From the IMG/VR virus record IMGVR_UViG_2693429768_000001, positions 12,099 to 76,098 of that record: a stretch of 64,000 bases of DNA. One strand, 5' to 3'. The position numbers and the translations under genes were made by a program. The DNA comes from a virus (Duplodnaviria > Heunggongvirae > Uroviricota > Caudoviricetes). Below are positions 52,954-61,100 of this stretch, piece after piece (position 1 is the stretch's first letter; every line of letters begins with the position of its first letter). A model generated the notes under the pieces. That model saw only the letters and a list, made by a program, of their open reading frames with translations, searched no databases and was not told where the DNA came from.

Positions 52954-53985
52954 ATGTCCAATTTACTGACCGTACACCAAAATTTGCCTGCATTACCGGT
53001 CGATGCAACGAGTGATGAGGTTCGCAAGAACCTGATGGACATGTTCAGGGATCGCCAGGCGTTTTCTGAGCATACCTGGAAAATGCTTCTGTCCGTTTGC
53101 CGATCGTGGGCGGCATGGTGCAAGTTGAATAACCGGAAATGGTTTCCCGCAGAACCTGAAGATGTTCGCGATTATCTTCTATATCTTCAGGCGCGCGGTC
53201 TGGCAGTAAAAACTATCCAGCAACATTTGGGCCAGCTAAACATGCTTCATCGTCGGTCCGGGCTGCCACGACCAAGTGACAGTAATGCTGTTTCACTGGT
53301 CATGCGACGGATCCGAAAAGAAAACGTTGATGCCGGTGAACGTGCAAAACAGGCACTGGCGTTCGAACGCACTGATTTCGACCAGGTTCGTTCACTCATG
53401 GAAAATAGCGATCGCTGCCAGGATATACGTAATCTGGCATTTCTGGGGATTGCTTATAACACCCTATTACGTATAGCCGAAATTGCCAGGATCAGGGTTA
53501 AAGATATCTCACGTACTGACGGTGGGAGAATGTTAATCCATATTGGCAGAACGAAAACGCTGGTTAGCACCGCAGGTGTAGAGAAGGCACTTAGCCTGGG
53601 GGTAACTAAACTGGTCGAGCGATGGATTTCTGTCTCTGGTGTGGCTGATGATCCGAATAACTACTTGTTTTGCCGTGTCAGAAAAAATGGTGTTGCCGCG
53701 CCATCTGCCACCAGCCAGCTATCAACTCGCGCCCTGGAAGGGATTTTTGAAGCAACTCATCGATTGATTTACGGCGCTAAGGATGACTCTGGTCAGAGAT
53801 ACCTGGCCTGGTCTGGACACAGTGCCCGTGTCGGAGCCGCGCGAGATATGGCCCGCGCCGGAGTTTCAATACCGGAGATCATGCAAGCTGGTGGCTGGAC
53901 CAACGTAAATATTGTCATGAACTATATCCGTAACCTGGATAGTGAAACGGGGGCAATGGTGCGCCTGCTGGAAGATGGCGATTAG
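52954..53985 (+). CDS. cre: Cre tyrosine recombinase (343 aa)
   Basis: Protein recognised in full; about 420 bp downstream of loxP. Confidence 0.98.
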   Translation: MSNLLTVHQNLPALPVDATSDEVRKNLMDMFRDRQAFSEHTWKMLLSVCRSWAAWCKLNNRKWFPAEPEDVRDYLLYLQARGLAVKTIQQHLGQLNMLHRRSGLPRPSDSNAVSLVMRRIRKENVDAGERAKQALAFERTDFDQVRSLMENSDRCQDIRNLAFLGIAYNTLLRIAEIARIRVKDISRTDGGRMLIHIGRTKTLVSTAGVEKALSLGVTKLVERWISVSGVADDPNNYLFCRVRKNGVAAPSATSQLSTRALEGIFEATHRLIYGAKDDSGQRYLAWSGHSARVGAARDMARAGVSIPEIMQAGGWTNVNIVMNYIRNLDSETGAMVRLLEDGD

Positions 53986-54002
53986 CCGTTCATTTGCACT
54001 TG

Positions 54003-54019
54003 ATTGCTCTAATTATTTG
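54003..54019 (+). promoter_or_regulatory. C1 operator-like 17-mer
   Basis: attgctctaattatttg, 14/17. Confidence 0.35.
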
Positions 54020-54035
54020 ATATTTATGGTGACGC

Positions 54036-54347
54036 ATGCGGAAGGATTTCAAAATAGACGGAAAATATGTGGTGCTGTCTGTAAGCTCTCAAATTCAGTC
54101 ACCATCTGTCATTGTCACCGTAAAGTTGAGCGATAGGATGCCTGATATCGACTCGATATCTGTTGCGTTCCCCGTTAAAAGCATGCGGAGTGCTGAACAT
54201 TTTGTGATGAATGCAACGGAGGAGGAAGCGCGGCGCGGGCTTACTAGAGTGATGGTGGAATTTGGCGAACTCCTGGGTAAGGTAAACAATGCCCTTTCAA
54301 TCAGTTCAGCAAGATCCAAAGCGTTAACAGCTTCCATGATGAAATAA
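54036..54347 (+). CDS. Hypothetical protein downstream of cre (P1 cra position), 103 aa
   Basis: ORF and position only. Confidence 0.35.
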   Translation: MRKDFKIDGKYVVLSVSSQIQSPSVIVTVKLSDRMPDIDSISVAFPVKSMRSAEHFVMNATEEEARRGLTRVMVEFGELLGKVNNALSISSARSKALTASMMK

Positions 54348-54478
54348 AAAAAGCCTGGCAAGGAGCCAGGCTGCACAAAAGAGCGGTTTTGTATTCCGCA
54401 TCCAATCAATCAAGAAGGAGTATAGCACACAGGTACTGAAGTGAAAAAATGTGATTCGCGATTAACAAAATATCTACC

Positions 54479-54495
54479 ATTGCTCTAATTGATTG
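54479..54495 (+). promoter_or_regulatory. C1 operator-like 17-mer upstream of ref
   Basis: attgctctaattgattg, 14/17. Confidence 0.35.
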
Positions 54496-54562
54496 CTATA
54501 ATTAAGCCGCAGTTTTTGTCAACTACGAAGACGTTGCCATTACTTAACTCCTTGACATCATT

Positions 54563-54588
54563 GGCGGCCATTAGGCCGCCTTTTTTTT
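54563..54588 (+). terminator. Hairpin ggcggcc-atta-ggccgcc followed by T8
   Basis: Perfect 7-bp GC stem plus eight T residues, just upstream of ref ATG. Confidence 0.55.
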
Positions 54589-54593
54589 GCCAT

Positions 54594-55154
54594 ATGAAAA
54601 CAATCGAACAAAAACTTGAACAGCGCCGCGAGTGGCAGAAGGCAGCCAGAGAACGAGCGATCGCTCGGCAACGGGAAAAGTTGGCTGACCCCGCCTGGCG
54701 AGAATCGCAATATCAGAAAATGCGGGATTCTATCGACCGCCGTATCGCTAAACAGAAAGAGCGCCCACCAGCCAGCAAAACGCGGAAAAGTGCGGTAAAG
54801 ATAAAATCTCGTGGCTTGAAGGGGCGAACATCGACAGCGGAGGAACGGAGCATCGCCAATGCTCTTGGCGCTCTCCCCTGCATTGCCTGCTACATGCATG
54901 GAGTAATATCTGAAGAGGTATCTCTGCACCATATCTCCGGTCGTACCGCGCCGGGTTGTCACAAAAAGCAATTGCCCCTTTGTAGATGGCACCACCAGCA
55001 TGCAGCACCGGCTGAAGTAAGAGAAAAATACCCCTGGCTGGTCCCTGTTCATGCCGATGGTGTGGTTGGAGGCAAGAAAGAATTCACCTTGCTGAACAAG
55101 TCAGAGATGGAGTTGCTGGCTGACGCCTATGAGATGGCAAACATCATGCACTAA
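54594..55154 (+). CDS. ref: Ref, HNH endonuclease (recombination enhancement function), 186 aa
   Basis: HNH-type Cys/His motifs CIACYMHG...HHISG...CRWHHQ; size and position after cre. Confidence 0.8.
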   Translation: MKTIEQKLEQRREWQKAARERAIARQREKLADPAWRESQYQKMRDSIDRRIAKQKERPPASKTRKSAVKIKSRGLKGRTSTAEERSIANALGALPCIACYMHGVISEEVSLHHISGRTAPGCHKKQLPLCRWHHQHAAPAEVREKYPWLVPVHADGVVGGKKEFTLLNKSEMELLADAYEMANIMH

Positions 55155-55343
55155 TAAATATATTATTTTTAATCTGAAATAATTGACAACTGACAAGTGA
55201 CTTCAGTCAGAATCATCACATGCCCGGTACGGATGGATCCCTTTTCAAATATTCCATGGACGGCACAGTCTGAGTACCGGGCGCTACCTTCAGTTGTATT
55301 GCTAAGCCGCCGCTGGTGGCTTTTCTTTTTTGTAGGGGGCGCT

Positions 55344-55985
55344 ATGGATAAGAAAATATGCGTTGTTTCGATGAGCGTCGGCAAACCGGCGTCAATGACT
55401 GCTGCATGGATCAACAATGAGCTAATAATGGCTGAGCGGACCAGCTACCCTGAACGCCGCCGCGATATGGAACTCCAGCTGCTGCGCGAATTGCGAGAAA
55501 AAGAGGAAAAGGGTTTTATCGTGCTGGTGGAAGAGGAAAACAGCTTTATTACTGGTCGAGTTGGCCAGCGTGTAAGGTTGCGCGATCCCTTCATGAACGG
55601 CAGGCCGGTACTAATTGAGGCAATGCAGATTTATAAGGAGCTGGAACGCCAGAAAGCAATCAAGTTACCGCGCAAGGAATCCGGCAAATACATCCTCCAC
55701 CAAAGCATCTTCGATTCCGAACACGATAAAAAAGGCGATGAATTTTTCAACATCAACTGGAGCGAAATAACGACAGAGCATGTTCTGACGTTACTATGTT
55801 GCTTTGCGACGGAATACAACAACGTTGCCAGCGCCGACTACATCAGGGCAATGGCTGGAGAAGTTGAGGCACGCCAGGAACCATCGTTACTAAGCCCTCT
55901 GATTAACATAATTCGCGGCACCCAAACGCTGGCACAAAAACAGGTGCCTAAGGGAGTATTAACAGGAAAAGGAAATTATCTATAA
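55344..55985 (+). CDS. Hypothetical protein (P1 mat position), 213 aa from SD-supported ATG
   Basis: ORF with SD GGGGG; backbone-like composition. Confidence 0.4.
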   Translation: MDKKICVVSMSVGKPASMTAAWINNELIMAERTSYPERRRDMELQLLRELREKEEKGFIVLVEEENSFITGRVGQRVRLRDPFMNGRPVLIEAMQIYKELERQKAIKLPRKESGKYILHQSIFDSEHDKKGDEFFNINWSEITTEHVLTLLCCFATEYNNVASADYIRAMAGEVEARQEPSLLSPLINIIRGTQTLAQKQVPKGVLTGKGNYL

Positions 55986-56041
55986 ACGTCAATGCATTAG
56001 GGTATACTTCTCCGTAGAACTATAAGTAAATGGAGTAAGTA

Positions 56042-57346
56042 ATGAGCGAGTATATAGAAATTGCCTATGCAGCGGCTACACATAGGCTGTGCTTTCTTAC
56101 AGGCACTGGATTTTCAAAGGCTGTTTCTGATGATAAAGCCCCAAGTTGGCAATCTTTATTGGAGCAACTGTGCGGTTTATTGAAGGATGGTGACTCACTC
56201 AAAGAGGAATTATTTCCTGATGGAAAAGCAAAAGACCTTAGCCTTGAAGAAGCTGCTCAGGTTATTGCACTAAAATTTATACTTTCGGGGAAAAATATTT
56301 ACCAAGAGATTGAGAAAATCATAGCCTCAATCGAACTTGATCCATCAATTGAATATATTCAAGACTTTTTCAAAGAAAACACATTTAAAGTAATTACGAC
56401 AAATTATGACAAGTTAGCAGAAAAGCTGGCTGGAGAGAATCGAACGTGTACAATCACCCCCGGCCTGCCAATTCCAAAATATAATTGTGAGGTTAAAGTC
56501 TACCATGTTCACGGTTCTATAGACTCCCCATCAGACATGGTTGTTACTAGCGAGGATTATTTCAGATTTATAAATGGTAATTCTTACTTTTCTAATAAAC
56601 TAAGCACAGTTCTACATGAAAACACTATTGTTATCCTTGGCTATTCTCTAAGTGACGCGAACCTAAAGGCTATTATAAATGAATATAAGGTATTTTCACG
56701 GGACAACGTAATGTCCTCCAATATTTTCCTTGTTTCCCGAGGGGAACTATTGCAACCTATTAAAGATTACTATTTTTCCTGCTATGGGGTTAGGGTTATA
56801 GATAAAACAGAGGTATCTGATTTCTTTAGAAAACTTAACGATAAAATTCCAGAAGCAAAAAAAATAAAAGACAAATTGAGGCACTCAATCAAATCGGTAA
56901 TAAAAAACGGAAGAGAGTATAAAATAGAGTTCTTGAAGCTAGAGGATTCTTTTTATCATATCATTTCCTCCATTTCATCATCTGGATATAGCTGGAATAA
57001 TGAAAATGTATTAAATGTTTTTTGTAATATAATAGATAAAAAAATAGAACTTACTAAAAAGCCTGGCGCATGGGAGCAGTATGAACACCTGGCAAAATGG
57101 CTTATTTATTTCGGTAGTTTATTTGAAGTAAAAGGAACCAATTTTGAGAAAAAATACATACATGCGGTTGAACACTCAATGACTTATATGAATAAACCTT
57201 ACGAAACAGGCTACTCATGGCTAGCATATCTAGCCTGGAAAACAAAATGGCCTTCACTGACAGCATCTAACCGCTCTCTTATTAAGAATGAGATGGAAGA
57301 TATCCCGCTACAACAGATTCACGATATTGTATCTAAGTTTATATAG
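56042..57346 (+). CDS. SIR2-like (SIR2_2-type) protein with uncharacterised C-terminal domain, 434 aa; candidate NAD-depleting defence effector
   Basis: Motifs FLTGTGFS, ITTNYD and VYHVHGS in N-terminal half; AT-rich gene with own SD; lies where P1 carries res-mod. Confidence 0.75.
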   Translation: MSEYIEIAYAAATHRLCFLTGTGFSKAVSDDKAPSWQSLLEQLCGLLKDGDSLKEELFPDGKAKDLSLEEAAQVIALKFILSGKNIYQEIEKIIASIELDPSIEYIQDFFKENTFKVITTNYDKLAEKLAGENRTCTITPGLPIPKYNCEVKVYHVHGSIDSPSDMVVTSEDYFRFINGNSYFSNKLSTVLHENTIVILGYSLSDANLKAIINEYKVFSRDNVMSSNIFLVSRGELLQPIKDYYFSCYGVRVIDKTEVSDFFRKLNDKIPEAKKIKDKLRHSIKSVIKNGREYKIEFLKLEDSFYHIISSISSSGYSWNNENVLNVFCNIIDKKIELTKKPGAWEQYEHLAKWLIYFGSLFEVKGTNFEKKYIHAVEHSMTYMNKPYETGYSWLAYLAWKTKWPSLTASNRSLIKNEMEDIPLQQIHDIVSKFI

Positions 57347-57355
57347 TATATTTAT

Positions 57356-57382
57356 CTCCGGCCTAATCTCCCTAGGCCGGAG
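57356..57382. terminator. 10-bp perfect GC-rich inverted repeat (ctccggccta / taggccggag) between convergent genes
   Basis: Hairpin read directly; no clean U-tract on either strand, so function as bidirectional terminator is inferred. Confidence 0.45.
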
Positions 57383-57387
57383 AGTTC

Positions 57388-57636
57388 TTAATCAGCATTC
57401 AGAAGCAATGCGTTATCTATGATGATCTGCTCCCATTCTTCGAATGCCCGGTCGCGGACGCCCTGGGGAACACTGTTTGTTTTGAAATCGACGACCGTCC
57501 GCCATTTCCCGTCCGGACGGTACATGCGCAGAGCTTTACTTCCCCCTTCCCTGCGCACCTCAACGTTATGCTTGTCAGCAAACTCTTGTAATGCTCGTAG
57601 CGTCCCATGCTTTACTGTGTAGTATCGCTTTTTCAA
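57388..57636 (-). CDS. Small protein, 82 aa (size and position of P1 Lxc/Bof)
   Basis: Size matches recalled Bof; located downstream of ulx-sized gene and darB on the same strand. Confidence 0.45.
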   Translation of the reverse strand: MKKRYYTVKHGTLRALQEFADKHNVEVRREGGSKALRMYRPDGKWRTVVDFKTNSVPQGVRDRAFEEWEQIIIDNALLLNAD

Positions 57637-58073
57637 GTTTTCTCTCCAGCCTGTGCCAAGGCTTCAACTTCCAAATCGTAAGACTCAAACTCATAGTCCT
57701 GGTCGTCAACTTCTTCAGGCACTGGCAGTAAATGCCAGGCTGAGTATATCTGACCATTATCAAAACGCTCCTGGCTGTAGAGCGTCGCGGCTATGAGTGT
57801 TAGCGCCGGGCGGTCATAACGGTAAATTTTGCGAACGTCACGGTCAACGAGACGACCGAAATTACCATAACCGCGCTCCAGTAATAATTTTTTAATTTCC
57901 GGCCAGTATGGACCATAGCTGCGGTACAGGCGGGGATTTTTCAGTAATCGCCCGCGTAGCCCTGACAGGAAGAAATCAACGTATTCGTCTTCTGTCTTTC
58001 CTAACAACGCTGTACGGAGTACCGCCTCAAGATATGTTTTATTCGGTTTTATTGTATCAGATAGTGTGGCCAT
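57633..58073 (-). CDS. Hypothetical protein, 146 aa (P1 ulx position)
   Basis: ORF overlapping the downstream 82-aa gene start. Confidence 0.35.
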   Translation of the reverse strand: MATLSDTIKPNKTYLEAVLRTALLGKTEDEYVDFFLSGLRGRLLKNPRLYRSYGPYWPEIKKLLLERGYGNFGRLVDRDVRKIYRYDRPALTLIAATLYSQERFDNGQIYSAWHLLPVPEEVDDQDYEFESYDLEVEALAQAGEKT

Positions 58074-58106
58074 ATTATGCGACGCCCGGCGAACCGGGCG
58101 CTCCTG

Positions 58107-61100
58107 TTATGCGTATTGTTGGATGACGGCCAGAACGTCCGCCACGTTGTGTTTTGTCTCGATAATCCACCAGTTACCCGGGAAATCGCTGTTCTTCGCC
58201 TTCGCTGGCAGCCAGCGAGCGCCGAATTTCGCCTTGATTGCGTCTTTCGCACGGAAAAGAACGCCTTTCATGCCTGAGGCTTCCTGAAGCCCAAATACCT
58301 CGCCAGCGGCGAATTTTGGTGCGTACATCATCTTCAGGTCGGCGGTGGATACGCGATAATTCAGACCAAGAGACTGAGCTATGCTGGTGGCATCACCCTG
58401 TATTGATGATAACTCTTCTTGTTTCTCGTTTCTGGCGGCAATCTCTTCCTCCGTGATGTTGCCAAGGGCTAGGTTTATCCGATCAGCGTCGGCCTGTTTC
58501 TCTTCATCGGTGCGCCCGGCAAGAACCGTGTTAATTCTCTGCAATATCTCCACATGATTCTTGCGCATGCTGAGCAATTCCGGCGTAACCTCGTTAAGAT
58601 CCACCAGCCCAAGGATGGCAAGGTCGGAAAACATTGATACCAGGTTGTAGGTCATGCGATAGCTGAGTTGACCATAGGCTGATGGCAACTTCACCGCATC
58701 CATTTGATAGGCATCCATAAATTTAGAGCCGTCGTTTACGACATCCGCTATTGCAGGTGTGATTTTCCCTGTGGTGGCGGCCTCCCTGATTGCTGTTACC
58801 CACGATTGAGTCAGCGCGGCGACTGCATGATTCAGATTGGCTTCCCGTTCTGCTTCGATGCGCGCGCTTGCTGCGTCCATTGCCTGCTTGATCTCGGCTT
58901 TATTGCTGTAAATGCCAATGGTGCCAAACTGTGCTGTGGTGATCTCATAATCTGACGCCCGGAACTCATTGGTACCGAAAATGGCATTGGTGACTTCAAG
59001 TTCAGAATCCCCGTTACGAGTAGCCCCCTGGCTTGTTTTTTCCGGCATTCTGGCGATCGCATCCGCTATTTTCTCCTGAATTGCTTCAGGGGATAGCGTA
59101 TCTCCGTATGACGCGATTACATCGCCATAATTGGAGCCAAACAATTCAACCAGGAATGTTTCTGCCGAACGGATCTGGCGGTTATTCCCTTCCGACATCA
59201 TACCAAGCACCCATTTTGCAATTGACGACTTCAGCGCGCCGTCACGGCGATCCGGGTAAACCGCATGCTTCAGTGGGTCCGTATAGGTACCAACAAAATC
59301 AATGCTATAGCCTGACTCTGTAGTCTGAACGCCGTACGAGTCAGTTATTTTGATCATGCCGCGCTGCTGGAAACGGTAGAAATCGTCACAGGAAATGATG
59401 TCGTTAATCCCGGCGATGGAGACGCCACCACTGATTTTCTGCATAACAGCATCTTCATCGGGAGTTACATCCACCTGTTTATCCAGCGTCTTCACATCCC
59501 AGTTACCCGATTTGGTGCCTTTGAAGGTAAAGATGATCTCCACGTCTGCGCGCTGGCTGTCGAAGTCCAGCGACTTAATGCGAACGATATCACCGGCACA
59601 ATCGTAGTATTGGCCTACACGCCATGAGCGATCGCCGATAACAAGGAACTCACTCGCATGGTTAACCAGGTCAGGATCAACATCCAGAATGCCTTTATTT
59701 ATTGCATCCTCCACCAGCGGGCGCAGGCGTTTGATATCCGTCGCGGCCTTCTGAGTACGGTTCAATAATTTCTCATAGCGGGAGATGGCTTGAGAGATAT
59801 TAGCCTTGCGCTGAATGGCGCTTTTCAACGACGCGCGATACTGTGCTAACAACGTACGGTCTGTGTGATGGACGCTACCCCAGCGGGCTTTCCAGTCTGC
59901 GTTATCAGCTGCTTTGGCCATTACCGCCTGTTTGAATTTAGCTACCTCGGCGGTGGTCTTTTCAAGTTCCGCTTTGCTTCGCTCTAATTCAGCGGTAAGT
60001 ACCTCCACATCCTCGCCAGCTGCGTGCTGCGCCTTGATGTAGTTCTGAAGGTCGATAGTAGCCTGTTCTTTCTGGCGAGCGCGTTGCGCGGCTTTCGCCT
60101 TATCCATTTGAACCTGCATCATTGCCAGACGTTCGCCATCATCCTTAGCGGTATACATCTGCATTTCGATCATATCGTTGGCGTCGGCGTTCTCCATTTC
60201 TGACTTATCTGAACGGAGGATATCGGAGATCCAGCCTGCTTTACGCTTCAGCGTCTTCAGTCGGTATTCATCGAAAGAACCCTTGCCGCAGTAGTAGTGA
60301 ACGCGAACGCTTGCACGGTTGGAGCCAACTCGGGCACCGCGACCGTTACGCTGTGCGATACTGGCTGGTGTCCATGGCAACGTCAGATGATGGATGTCAG
60401 TCGTTCCTCGATGCAGGTTGATACCCACCTCTGCCTTTTTGTTGCAGATGATGATCGGAGTCCGGCCCTCCTGGAAGTCGGCTGCAATCTTTTCCAGACC
60501 GCCCAACGACATTTCATTCTGCTGCGCGATATAGGCGTCATACAGAGCCATTTGCTCGTTGTATTTCGCTATCTGTGCATCTGTTGGTTCATCCGGTAAC
60601 TCTTTCGGCGGTTTAACCGCTTTCAGTTTCTTACCGGTTTTACCTGCCTCGGCAACCGTCTGAGCATTCAGGATCCCCACCTTTGAAGGTTCAAGGTTAA
60701 GAGCATTGCAGATAATGCGCTTGAGCTTCTGGTGCTGCGTTTTTTCGTCCGTGAAGATGATTTGCTTACCTTCCGGGAAAAACTCCTTCAGCGTGGCGAT
60801 CAGCTTCACGTATTTGGGCGTAACGGGGTGAGTTACGGTCTGTTCGTCAATGCCAAACTTGGCCAAGCGCTTATTCACTTCCTGCTCGAACGCTTCCGGA
60901 ACCTGCAACTGAATAAACTCGCCCTTATCTATCAGGGAGTATTGCGATTGCTGCGTGATTGAATCATCACTGTCGTCGTCTTCGCTGGTGGCTTGTTTGG
61001 GCAAACTGTCCGCCAGCTGCTGCACCGCATCGGCGTACTCCGGCAGGAAACGATAGGTGATCCGGCGATAGTACAGGTCCATGTCAGTACATACGCGGTC

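Noticed and set aside
56042-57346. Thoeris ThsA or SIR2-HerA identity for the SIR2-like gene
   Set aside because: No SLOG-like C-terminal domain motifs, and no TIR-domain or HerA-like partner gene adjacent; it is a stand-alone gene.
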